A stretch of DNA of 64,000 bases from positions 1,302,001 through 1,366,000 of the forward strand of contig OY253671.1 of the NCBI GenBank assembly GCA_958009085.1. The letters run 5' to 3'. Position numbers and translations under genes: made by a program. Under the pieces are notes generated by a model. It ran no database searches, was not told the origin of the DNA, and was given only the letters and a program-made list of their open reading frames with translations. The DNA is from Protoeuglena noctilucae. Lineage: Eukaryota. The number at the start of each line of letters is the position of its first letter. The first letter of the stretch is position 1. Below are positions 39,768-52,304 of this stretch, in pieces.

Positions 39768-42700
39768 CTACCAGCCCGTGAAGTGCGCGATCTCCTGGCG
39801 CGCCTTCCGCATCAGCTGCAGCCGCTTCTGGCACTCGAGGCGCCGCGTGGCCGTGGCCTCGTCCTCGGCCAGCAGCCGGCGGAGGTCGTCCTCGTCTTTG
39901 CCGTGCACCTCCTTGATCAGTCTGTCCAGGAGCCGCTCCTGCGAGGGCGGCGCCGCACGCCCGCGTCGGGACAAGCTGCGTGCGGGGCGATGCGTGCGTT
40001 CGCGGACCCAACGTCGCCCAGTGGAGCCCCGTCACCTTGGCTTTGACGACCTGGTGATGCACGATGGCCTTGGGGATGGTGGCCGCCAGCTGGTTGGCCA
40101 CTACCTTCAGGTACACCGACACGCGCTGGGCAATCGTCCACAGCTCCCTCTGGCGGGAATCCAAGTGGGCCGGCGGCTGCGTCGGCAGCACGTTGCCGTC
40201 TGCGGACTCACAGGGGGCGCAAGCAGGTCATGGCAGCGACAGTAGCAAGCCCGCGGCACGAGCGCGAGCGGCGCCTACGGTCGGCAGCAACCCCGCTGCC
40301 CCGGGAGCTCGCGCAGCTCACCGGGGCCGCGCATGCTTTGCATATCCTGCCCCGCCGTCATGTCCCGGAAAGGCTCCACCGTTGGGTAGGCCCCCTCCAT
40401 GTCCACCAGAATGGAGACGTACTTGGCTGCCTCAGACCGGAACTCCTGGAGGGACTTCTGCGCACAGAAGACAGCCACGCGACGCGTCCATGCGCGCCGC
40501 CCAGCCACCCTCGGCCCTTGCTTTGACTCACAAGCGTGGCCGGTCACGCGTCGTGCGTCACGACAGTAGCGAGGCTGCCGCTGGCCCTGCACTGTTGAGA
40601 ACCACCACTGCAATGGCCATGCCATGCCCGGCACTGACCTGGGCGACGGCCTCGAGCTCTGCCCTCAGATTGCGGTACTTGGCCAGCCCCTTGGCGAACT
40701 CGGCACGCACCGACCGTTGCACCAGCTCCGACAGCACCCCGTGCGTGCTCTCCACCGCGCGCTGGGCCGGGTGGTGCAGCTGCGTGCGGGGAGGCTCGAA
40801 ATGCGCGTCTGAGTACTACCACCAGATGCTTGGCAAGGCCCAACGCCGAAAAGCCGTGGTGGCACTCAGAAGGGATGCCTGCGACTGGCAAAGTGAGAGC
40901 GCAGCGCATGCCAGCTCGTTGGGGAAGTGCTCACCTCCTTTACTCTCAGCTTGATGAGCTCACGGTACCCTTGCTCGGGCGCAATCAAGTACCGCTGGTA
41001 GCCATCGGCCTGGGACGTGATCTCGTTCACGTAATCCAGGGCCAGGGTCTTGCTGGCCGTGTTCATGATCTCCTTCGCCAGTGGGCCCTGCGAATGCAGC
41101 ACCCGGCCATCTCCTGCCCGCATGACATCCCCCTGACACTCTCGCTCACGCACCAGCCTCTGCCCCACACCAGCGGTGTTGCCTCTGCCCCACCCACCTC
41201 AAAGATCTCGAGGATCTTCACCCCTCCGCCCTCCCCTCCGTCAATCCACTCCGCGTAGCCCCTCTGGAACGCCTGGCAGATCATGACCACCTCGTGCGCC
41301 ATGTCGCCCCGAGACTGCAATCACATTCCATGCACAGGGTAGCTGTCAGTGTGCAGCAAGCGCATCCACTGCACAGTTGCCACTCTGCATGACGCACCCC
41401 AAGTCACGTCGCCACTCTGCATGATGCATAGATCTGGCCCCGCTGGTCTTGCCCCGCTCACCTCGAGCGTGGGTCCTCCCAGGTCCTCAATCTGCTTCTC
41501 GAGCTTGCCGATGTTCTCGTCGATGGTGCGCTGGATGTTGGGGATCTCCCGCTGGATCGTCCGCTCCAGCACCTCGCTCAGCTTGCGCGACTGCGGCACG
41601 TGGGGCAGGACTCTCCAGGCCACATCACATCAGCCGGCCAGGGGCCTGCAATACACGTGACCCTCTCATCCGAACCCACCAGCGTCTCCGTCCCGATGTT
41701 CTCGAGGTCTCGGTACGCCGGGTTCTGCTGGAAGAACTCCCTCTCCCTTCGCCGCGCCTCATTCATGTCCATGCGGGCGTTGAGGTCCGCCTGGGCCCGG
41801 TTGACCACGGCGACCCATCCCATGCGCAGGCTCACTTCCTTGCCCTGCGGTAATGAGAAATGCGCACAGTCTCTGCTCCGCGCACTGTCTCTGCTCACTC
41901 TCATATGGCGGCGGACCCCAAGTCTCAAAGGGAAGGGAGGTGGCGTGCGGGTCCCACCATGAGCACGTTGCGTGCGGACGTGCCGCGGTCCATGATGTCC
42001 ACTTTCGTCAGCGCGCCGATCGTCCTCTCCCCCGCGGGGTCCACCCTCCTCGCGATGTTGAGGGCGTCTGAGGTGGCCAGGTCGGCGTTCGCAGGCGACA
42101 CGGCCAAGATGATGGTGTTCTGCCCCTGCGCCCACGGGGCCGGCGGGGCGTGCGTTTGCATCCACTGATCGCACAGAAAAAGCTTCTAGCTCCTTCCAGG
42201 ACGGCAACGGTCATCGTATGCAAATGGCGCGCTCCGACCCTGCAATAACAACCAGGGCGACGGACCTGGATGTACTGAAGCACCATGTCCTCGATCTCCT
42301 TAATGATGCTCTCGGGCTGCCCGTCGATCGCGATCTTGGTGAGCCCTGCGGGACCACGCGGGCAGCATGCGATGGGCCCATGACCATCGCAGCGACCAGC
42401 GTACACGCTGGGCTCACGAGCCTCACCTGGCATGTCGATGAGCGTGAGGTTGGGCACCTTGGGCGACGCGATCCTCAAGTGGATGGGCGCCGCGTCCACC
42501 ATCTTCTTCACCTTGGCGATGTGGCGCTGCGGCGGGGCGGCGAGACACCGATCGCACGTCGCACCAACCCCGTGCGCACCCCCCCGCAATCTCCGAGCGA
42601 TGTCACGTGATAATACCCATCGCGTCACCTGCGTCTCGTCCTCGATCTCCCGCATGATCTCATGGAAGTCATAGAACTGCTCCCCAGTCTTAAGGTGCTG

Positions 42701-43099
42701 GAACTCGCCATACTCGCGGGCGCCCGGGTCCGCCAGGTGCTCCAGCTGCAGGATCAGCGGCCGGCGCGTGACGATGCCCTGGCCGCGGGGCAGGAAGTCC
42801 CTGCGGGGCGAGGGCAAGCAGTCACGTCAGCGACGTCACGTTGAGCACGCTCGCGCTGCGGCGTCCGCTGCGGTGCGGGCTGCGCGCAGGTGCCATCGTG
42901 CGCTGATGTCTCGCCTGCCGACGATGGCCTCGAGAACCGAGGACTTGCCGCTGCTCTGCCCGCCCACGACGACGATGGCGGGGAGGAGGTCCCACAGGCC
43001 CGGGAGGCCGCCGCCCGTCGTCACCGCGTTCTCGTTGAACTTGGCACAGATCTGCTGTAGCTTGTTCACAAGCTGCAGCACCTTCGGAAGCGTCGACAT
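39768..43099 (-). CDS. DRP1: Dynamin-related protein, plant DRP1 (phragmoplastin) type: GTPase-middle-GED, no PH domain
   Basis: G1 [33 protein letters not shown]3 LIDMPGLTK, G4 TKVD, VVNRAQ. Middle domain [30 protein letters not shown]...EIAHFTGW. Confidence 0.93.
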
Positions 43100-43723
43100 G
43101 ACGCGGCGCCGCGCCGGCCCTGCGACTCGTGATGTGACGGGGCGGGAAGCGATGGGTGGGGCCGCCGAGCCATCCCCCGCGCACGTGCGGCACGTCTTAT
43201 GGATCATCACAGGCCCGACAACTTCCTGAGCGTCAGCAGCGGCGCATCGTGCATCACCTGCGCCGGGAAAACGCCCTTTCGAGCCGCCTGACAATCCCAG
43301 GTCCCGGTGGCACGCGCGCGTCGCTGGGGATGCGTTGTCTTAGCCGAAGCTTTTAAGTTGTCCCAGCGTGAGGACGGGCTATCGATACGGTTGCTCGCTG
43401 CGTCCCTCGCGCCAAGAGGGCGGGCTTCGTCGCCGGAGGACAGCAGCACCGGGTGGAAGAGGGCGTTGCGTTCGCAATGGCCACGTTCAGGTGCAATTGT
43501 TCGAACTTTGCGTCCGCTGTGGCTTCAAGGCGAAGGGTCGAGATGTGACGGGCGAGCGGGCAGTGCAACTGCTCGTGACGATCGAACTGCCGCATCGAAC
43601 CGTCCAGGCGACGCGCGCGTTTAGCTTCATAACGCTAGGACCTCGCGATCAGAACAATTCTGCTATCAGGCTTTTGTTACCGAGGCTGGATTTCAACTCT
43701 GTTCCTGGGCCCGAGGGCCCCCG

Positions 43724-46321
43724 ATGGAGACCATCCGCACCTTATTCAAGACCCGCATGGACCTGGACACTCAGCGGCCTGCGAGCCTCGCGGCCGTATC
43801 CTCTGCGGGGTCAGCTGCATTCTGCGGCTTGCGACACTGCTCCGACGGTAGACGCGTGCCTGATTTGCATTAAATGCCTGGCGTTCGCAGAGGAATCTCG
43901 TTAAGCGACGCGTCCAGCGTGCTCGCGACGCCGGAGGCGCGCCGAGACGATGACGAGCCTCGCATGTTCAGGGTCCCGGCGCACGAGCTTCTCCGCGAGA
44001 GGGCGTCCGTTACGGCGAGGCTGGAGCAGCTTCAGTCGTCCCTGTTAACGTCTGCAGAGGTGATGCAGCGTTCGTCCCGTCTCCGCCCGTCCCCAGGCTG
44101 CATATATGCATGCAACGCCCAGACCCAGCTTTGCAGGTGGCCGCGATCGTCACTCTCGTCTGCGCGAACGTGACCAAGAGCCTGGGCAGTGCCGACGCCG
44201 TTCCCGTCCGTTCCTCGCTCGACGTCGACGGCATGGCATCGGCGCTGGGAGCCGCGCTGCAACGCGTGACGCCCCAGACGGTCGCGGAAGCCCTCAGGAC
44301 GAGCGCTGGGTACCGCGGCGTGCTGCTCTGTCCGGAAGATGGGACGAGGGCCCTGCTGGTGGACGCCCTCGGCGCCCTGCGTCCTCCATGCTTGGATGTG
44401 GTGGACCGATGCTGCACAGCCCTCACCACCCTCCTCCGCCAGGTGAGGCCCACAAGCCTTGCTTATTCATCTCAGGTGACCTAAGCGCTTTGCTGTCATG
44501 TCTTCAGTCCCCAAACCGTCCCCGCAGTGCCTCGACCGCACCTTGACTGGGCTGCCTGACCCTAAGGCGGGCACGAAGGCCCTCAGCGAGGCACTGGACT
44601 CTGGCATCGCGCGGTTCATCGAGGGCGCCAAAGCTGAATGCGCTTCGTTCGGCAAGTACCACCCCCCTGTGCCCTGCCTGCACCACTTCCGCCACAGTTC
44701 CGAAGATAAGGCCACTGCGTCGTGCCCTTCGCAGTCTCGTCCCTGGTGGCCATGGAGGCAGATATGGTGCAGGGCCTTCGGTTCAGGCCCCTCCTCGACC
44801 TGGACCTGCAGACGTCGACCGGCCGCGCACGCACAACCGACAACCGCAGAGTCGCTGCCCGGCCCGAGCCCCGGCCTGCCGTCGACTTCCTGGGCACCCC
44901 GCCGAGCCCCCTCCAGGCAGCCCGGGCCCGCGCCCTGCGCATCCGGGAGCCAATGCCGCACCTCCAGGTGTCGGGTTACCTGGAGCGCCTGACGAGCAGC
45001 GGCAAGTGGGCGCGGCGGTGGGTGTACGTGGACGGGGCAGACCACGTGCTGGTCTACTCGCGGCACCCCAAGAGCCTCTTCCCGAGCGAGATTGTGCCCC
45101 TGATTGAGGCGCGCCTCGTCAACGGCGCCCTCATGCAGACGCGCGGGTGAGGCATGCATGGAGCAGTGCAGCAGTGGTGGCGTCGTTGACAGAGGCATGG
45201 TGCGGGTGCTCCAGATCTCTCACAGCCAGTTTGGCCTGGCCGTGTCGCCCATTGCAGGGAGGAGGTTTACCAGCCCGGTCACGACAGGCTGGCCTTCACG
45301 CTCGTGCACGAGAGGGACGGGGGGCGGCTGATCGTCAGCAAGGGCGGCCGGGGGCCCCACTCACTCGTGTTGCGAGCTGCGGTGAGAGCTTGGGTTCCGG
45401 CACGCCTTGCACGCATTTCTCCTGGGCCAACTTCAAGCGATGCAATTGCACCGTTCCGGCCTCGGCTGCAGGACCGTGAGACCAAGGAGCGCTGGGTGGC
45501 GGCCCTGCTGGCCATTCTCGGGCAGGTCTCGATCGACGACATCGACGCACTGACGGGACCGGTGGCATCCCGCGAATGGGCGTCGAATGCCGTGGCTGCG
45601 GCCCCAGAGCACGCGAGCCCAGCCGTCCTCTCCTCGCCCGATGACGCAAGCGAGCCGGGCACGGAGGAGGACGTGGGGCAGGACGGCAGCGCTGTGCCGG
45701 ACAGGCAAGTGGCGGATGGAAAGCTGACAGAGCTACTCTGGTGCACCAGGTCACTGCCGCGCCCTTTTCACTGGCCCAAGTCTCACCTCTTTCTCTGCGA
45801 CCCTTGCACCTGCAGAGTTCTGCTGGCAGAGATGTCGGATCCCTCAGACGCGCTGGGTGTCCTCCCGGATGGCTCTGTGGCAGCGCTGGTGCGGGGCATC
45901 CAGGGGTACTGCAAGGAAGTCGCTGCCAGGTGCGTGTGACCACGACTGAGTGCTCAACCCACCCTCGCTGGACACGAGCCCAGGTCTGTGTTGTTTTCAT
46001 CCGTGCTCTCCTCTGCTTGCAGACTGGCGGAGGAGACCCCCAAAGCCGCCTCTCACCTGCTCATCCAAGCGGTCGAAGAGAACCTGGCGCCCGCCCTGCA
46101 GCGCCACATCCTGCAGCCCGCCACCTTCCAGGCACTGGTGCGTGGTTGCCTGGGGCGCAGGCACCGTAGATGACGCTGAGAGCCAGCAGAGGCCTGACTG
46201 GTTCCAGCACCGCTGCGGTACGCAGGCCACGCAGGAGGTCCGTCAGCAAATGGACGCCCTGCGTCACAAGCTGGAAGAGCTGGACCGTGCCATGCAGACG
46301 GGAGACGCGGACATGCCCTGA
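43724..46321 (+). CDS. Dynamin stalk (middle)-PH-GED protein with no GTPase domain (DRP2-like architecture minus the G domain), about 590 aa
   Basis: Ten exons join in frame. Middle domain SAGYRGVLLCPEDGTRALL..LRPPCLDVVD and VSSLVAMEA. PH domain VSGYLERLTSSGKWARRWVYV..HSLVLRAADRETKERWVAAL. GED IQGYCKEVAARLAEETPKAASHLLI. No P-loop upstream. Confidence 0.8.
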
Positions 46322-46801
46322 CGGGCCCGACAAGTCGTGCTTCAAACCAAGAGACGTGACCACGTGACACAGGCTGCCGAGAGCTGCCGCCCTAGCGGAG
46401 GCGCTTGGCGCTCTACCAGCCGCCGCTGCGTTTGCCGGTCGCAGCGACCGAGCGCCCCGCGAAACCGTGCGGGGTGGCTGTTTGGGCACGCGAGCAGTGG
46501 GATACAGGGAGAGTGAAAGAAAAAGGCTGAGTGCGCTGAGTGTACGATCACGATGTGCAAGCAAGGCGCATGCAGCGATCGATGCAAAGACAAATGGACG
46601 GCACGATGGCGTGCCTAGATGTCATGGACAGAAGATGGATGCGGCGGCAACGTGCTACGGCTCGCGCTGGAGATGAGAACGACACGGTGGGAGTGACGAG
46701 CGAGGTGTGGGAGGTGGCTGGTGAGTGGCTGCCCATGCTGCCTGCATCCTGCACAGATTTCCATAAAGCCCGCCTAATGCATAACCATACCGTCGCCCCT
46801 A

Positions 46802-49800
46802 TCAGGCGCCCTGGTTGGAGCTCGCCCGCTGGCTGCTCCGTGAACTCTGCTTGCTGGACTTGCGCTCGCTGGGCGGCTCCTTGATTCCCAGGTTCTCGAG
46901 CTTGTAGATGCCGGGGGCAGCCTGGTTGCCCTTCTTGTCCCTCTTCGGGCCCAACCGGCTCGGCTCGGGCTCTTCCACCGCAGTCTCTGCGGGGGCGCGG
47001 CCCTTGCCCCGGGCGCTGGTCGCTGACCCCGGCCGCGACGCCTGCGCTCCCGAGGCCCTGGCCGGCGTGCTCCCTTTCCCCTTCCCCGGCGTCCCCGACC
47101 CCGACGCCTTGCCCGGCGCGCGACCCTTCTCCTTCTCCTTGCTCGGCGTCGTCCCCGACCCCTTGCCCTTCCCACCGCCCTTGCCACCCTTCCCCTTGCC
47201 ACCCTTGCCCTTCCCGCCCCTCTTCGCAGTCCCAGCCACGGACGGCGCGCCCATCACGCTCTCCGCCCCGTCCGCCACGCTTAGCACCTCGTCGCTCGAC
47301 TCTCCCGCGGTCCCTTGGCACAGGTCCAACCCCTCCTCGCTCCCGGAATCGTTGCCGATGCCCAGGGCTCCCGAAGCCTCCGGGCCCAGCAACAGAGCGC
47401 TCTCCTCCGCTGCAAGAGGCGCGCTGGTTTTGGGCGCCTCGGCCGCGCTCTGGCCCGACTCGGTCCCCAGCCGCAGCGTCTTTGCGTCTGCGCCGGCGGC
47501 AGGAGCGTTGTCGGCGGGAGCGCTGGGACCTCGAGGGTCGGGCGCCACCGTCGCGTTGGCAGGTGGGGCGTCTTGCTTAGGGGACGCCATGTTGAGCGTC
47601 TCTGGCGTCGACTTGAGGTACCGAGATGAGTTGGTGGCACCCGCTGTGGGGCTGCTCGGCGCGTTCGGTGGCCCCGTCGCCGCCATCGCCCCGAACAGGT
47701 CCCGCCGGAGCGACGCGTCCCGCCCGACCGCGCTGTGCTCCCCCGGGCTGCCGCCCTGCGCGCTGGCCAGCGTCCCTGCGCTGGTCCACACGCTCTGCCA
47801 GTGCCCGCCGTCCGTCACGGCGGACTCAGGCCGCCCGCGGGGGGCAGCCACGGGGCCGGGGTTGTCCACGGCCAGCGCCCGCTGCGAGTTCTTCTTCTTG
47901 CGCCGGTATCGCTTGCCGTTGACCACGATGAAGTCCGGCTTGGCGTCGGTCGCCGCCGTCGACACGTCCACCGCCGACGGCTCGGCGCTCTCGAGGCCAC
48001 CCGCCGTGGCGCGCCGGAGCCACTTGACCGCGCCGTCCCGCGTGGTGACCACGCGCACGAGGGGGTTGCTCGTGGACTGCCCCACGGCCTCCACGGACGT
48101 GCCAGGCGCCGCGGCCAGGACCACGTTGAGCGGGAGGCCCCGGGAGGAGGAGCCTTGGGAAAGGGAGGGGCCCACGGCAATGACGTCGGCGGAGCTGCAG
48201 GACAGGCGATGGCGGATGGAGAGGTTCGCTGGCTGGCAAATCGTGCTGCAACGCAAGTGGTTTACGCGCAACTACGCTCCAAGCTCCCCTGCCCCTCACC
48301 TGTGAGGAGTGCCTCCGTCGCCCGTGCCCGCAGCGCTCGCGGGGCCCCCAGTCGCTGACCCAGGCGACCCAGCTCGCACCCCAGACGAGAACCTGTCTGG
48401 CACCGGCGCCGCCCCTCCCGCGCCGTCGTTCGCGCCGATCATAGAGGCCTGCGACCCTGCCCTGCGTCCGGAGTCCCCCGACCCGTCCTCGTCGTCGTCT
48501 TCTGCCGCCATGGCGTCTCGGCCGAACCTGCTCCGTGCGGGCGGCCGCTGCCCGGGGCCTTGCGTGGATTTGCGTGACGCGGACGGTGGGCTCGCGGGGA
48601 GGGACCCCGGCGGCCGGGGCGGGGTGCCGAGTGGCGCCGGGCTGGGCAGACTCGACGCAGCCACCGCCTCCTGGCTCAGCACCGAGGTCGTGCGCGACAG
48701 GTGCGGGGCGCCCCGGGACGTCCCAGTGCTGGTGGTCGCCTCCAAGCCAGGGCCGAGGGTCTGGGCCCGGTTGCGGGCGGCCCTGCAGGACGGAAGAAGC
48801 GTGGGGCGCGTCGCACACAGAGGCACTTCGCTGTTTGCATGTCACGCTGCCGTAGGAACTGAGAGGGCGACGAGCAAGTCCACCACTTCAGCCCAAGCGA
48901 AAGCCTCACTTGTGCACTTGCGTGGCCAGCAGGGCAATGTCCTTGGCCTTCAGCTTTTTGCCCTCCTGCGCAGCGCGCAGCACCTCCCTCGCCCGCTCCT
49001 TCTCCCCAACCGGCTCCGCGGCTGGGGCCGCCTCCAGGGGCGGTGCCGGTTCGTCGTCATCCACCGTCACCGACGTGATCTGCCAAGCGTAAGGGAGCAA
49101 ATGAAATCATGCACTCGTGACAGGGGCTGCTAATGTTGCTTACTGACAACCGCGGTAAAGTTGACACCTGACGCAAGCCGGGCAGCGGCAGAGCCAGGGG
49201 AAGAGGACCGCGCTGACGCGCCCACCTGCCACACGCTGCGCCCACCTGTCTCATGGAGCGCGACCACCCGAGGCCCAGCCGCTGCACCATGCTGGGCCTG
49301 CGGACGAACACCTCCCGTTGGATCACGTGCCCCACCGCCGCCGCCTCTGCGGCCTTCTCGTCCCCACGGCCGTCCGCAACCTCTGCTTCCGGATCCGCCT
49401 CCTCAGCCCCCTGCTTCGCTTTCTGTCTAATCGGCACCTCCCCTGCCCCTGCTGCTGACGAGCCTCCCTGCCCCAGCATGCTGGCGGGGGCCTGACGCCC
49501 GCCCGGACGGTCGGCGCTGCGCCGCGCGATGACCCCTGGGGGCGGGGTCATGCGGTGCACGCTCTCGGTGATGGTCGGCAGGCCCTGCGACGCCCACATG
49601 CCTCGCGGCGGCGAGGCCACGCCGGGACCCTCCCCATCTGGCCCTGGGCCGAACCTCGACAGCCGTGACGCGGCCACCCCTGAGCCGGGCCCGTTGCCCA
49701 CCGACCCTCGCCGGATGCTGTCCGCGCGAACGGCCCTGGCTGCCGCCGCTGCGGCGCCGTGCCCGGCCAGGCCCGCCGGGGCCGTGGCAGCGACGCTCGG

Positions 49801-51729
49801 GGCGTTTGCGGTGCTGTTCTCTGCTGGCAGCAGCTGCTCCGGGGCGATGACGCGCCGGCTGCGGGACCCTGCCGCCGCATCGTACAGCTGCCGACGGCTG
49901 TCTGCGCCGCGGAACGACAGACTCTGCGCGAGGGGCAAGGTAGCCGTGTCGGTGCAGCTGTCAAGTCACGGGTGCAAGACCAGCGCCGGCGGACAGGCAG
50001 CACGCAACGCAGGGCATGCGCATGGGGGCTGGCGACTCGTCTAGCCATGACTCACCTTGGCGACCGAGGACTCCATGTTCCTGATCGAAGCCCTCACGAT
50101 GCGGAAGGCGTCCATGCCACCCGGCCCCGCACGGACCGCGGCAGCCTCCTGGGACTTCATCCCGGGGAGCTTGGCCTGCTCCTCCAGCGTGTTGGGGTCT
50201 CTGGACAGAGCAAGGCAGGGGTGGCGGTCCATGCCACGGCGTGCGGCGAGCAGAGCGGCGTGCGAGACGTGCTCGCCAGTGGCACTGGCGCTCACCGTGT
50301 CCAGGCCAGAGCGCGCCGCACTCGGTGGGTGAGGAAGGCGAGGGGCGGGACGATGAGGAGGTGGGCTGCGGTGCCCCCGGCCAGCCACCCCACGAGCGCT
50401 TTGCGGCTGTGGTGTTGATTGGTTGCGCCGAAGAGGCCCAGGAGCATCGTGAGGCGCCAGAAAGCGTACGCGAGGAGCAGCAGACAGTGCGCACCCAGCG
50501 CGACCGCTGCAGGCGGAGGAGAGGGCATGGTTGCAGGGCTGCACATGTGCATGTCCGCTCGAGGCATGGCAGCCAGTCAGGCCCCCCTCTGTCCGCACCT
50601 AGCCGCCACTGGACCTTGGCCAGGCTGATCTCGGCCTGCTTGCGTCCCAGCTGCACGTCCCGCCGCCACATGGTGCGCTCCCTGGCCACACGCAGGGCCA
50701 TGAGGACCCAGATGATGGCCAGGGCGTGGAGGGCCAGGACGCCCGCGAAGACGTAGGCGGAGGACTTGTGCAGGCCGAAAGGCGCCGTGGTGGAGAAGAG
50801 CGTGCTCGCGCCCCAGCACACGAGGGCCGCGGCGCACGTGGCGGGGTGGGCCAGGTGGAGCTGGAGCGTCAGGATGCGGCACCGCCACCACGCCGTCATG
50901 GCGTTGTTCACGTCGAGATGCTGCATCGCCTCCACCGCGCGAATCATCATCGCCGCCGCCTTGGCCTTCCGTGCTCGATCCGCCTCCTCAGCACCCTGCA
51001 CCCAAAGCCGAGGCTTATACACGTCTCATGCGCTGCATCTCTGGAGTACGCGCAGGCCGGGCGAGCGTCGACCCCATCCGCGCTCGCCTGCCCCGCCTGT
51101 CCTGCCTGCTCCTCCTCCACAATCTGCGCGGACGCTTGGATCGCCTTCTGCCACAGATTGCGCGCTGAGCGGTTCGTGCCGGTGCCCTGCCGCGCAAGGC
51201 TCTTGGACCAGCCGATCGTCACGGGCGCCGAGCCCGGCCCCGGACCCGCGGCGTTGCCAGATGCGACCCTGTCCGAGTCCCCTGCGACCCTGCCGTCGGG
51301 CCCTGGCCCGCTGGGACCGTCGCCGGACTCATCCGTGCTGCGACGCTCTTCGTTTTGGTCCCCTGACACCTTCGCGAGGTCCGGGATAGCGTTGGGGACG
51401 CCCGGGGTCCGCACGTCATCTGTGCACACAACAGGGTCGGGTCAATCGCGGGCAGCCTCGGCAAGGGCGGACGGGGCGCATATGACCAGATGGTGGGACA
51501 TGGAATACGAGGCGAGGTTCGCGTGCAGCTCGCGCGCCCTCATTGGGGTGCAGGCGCCTGGAAGGGGTCGCCCGAATGCGCACCGTCGTGCGGGCGCCTC
51601 ACCGTCGTCACCGTCTCTGTTGGGCCGTGGTTCGGTGCCGGGTGTTGCCAAATACGATTTGGTGTCCGCGCGGGCCTCCTCCGGCGCGTGGTCCCCGCTG
51701 CCCATGTCCGCACTGGGTTCGCGTGGCAT
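46802..51729 (-). CDS. Large hypothetical membrane protein (about 4 hydrophobic helices, long low-complexity cytoplasmic regions)
   Basis: Long same-strand ORFs with splice signals. Hydrophobic runs ATCAAALVCWGASTLF, AYVFAGVLALHALAIIWVLMAL, VALGAHCLLLLAYAFWRLTMLLGLFG, LVGWLAGGTAAHLLIVPPLAFL. Gly/Lys-rich C-terminus. No family recognised. Confidence 0.55.
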
Positions 51730-52304
51730 TTGACCGCTCCCCACGAACCTCTGGTGGGCCCCACCCCTCCCGGAGGCGTCTCAATGAGCCATGGTGCCCA
51801 GGCAAGGAGTTTTCCGCCAGCCAGAGGGCGCGGCACCCCAACCCCGCATGCAGTGCCGCAGCGACCTATTGGGGCTGGCCTCGGACGCCGGAAGGAAGCC
51901 CCGCCTATAGCTCCGCTGCCACGATGGAACTAGCTGTCTGGCGCAGCCTCTTCCTCAGCCGAGGTGCCCTGCAAGGCCGCGCTGCCACGCGCCATCGCTC
52001 ACAGACGCTCGCGAACATCAGTCGTGCTCTCTCGCGTTCCACCCAACATAGCAATCACATCTGGCGTCACAGCAGGCGCGAGTTGCCTCTTCCTGCCGCT
52101 GACGCTCGGGCCTGACACCCGTGTAAGCCGCTGTCATCGGCGAATCGGCAAGGGAGGCCAAGCCACATCTGCGACCTTCGAAGCAACGACAGGAGCGCGC
52201 GCAGGGCAGCGTTGTTTGGGCGCCGGGGTTCCTCCCCGCCCTGGATGGCAGACCTACGCGCGGGGCAGCGCTCTCTTTAGCAAGCGAGGGACGAGATGGG
52301 GCGG

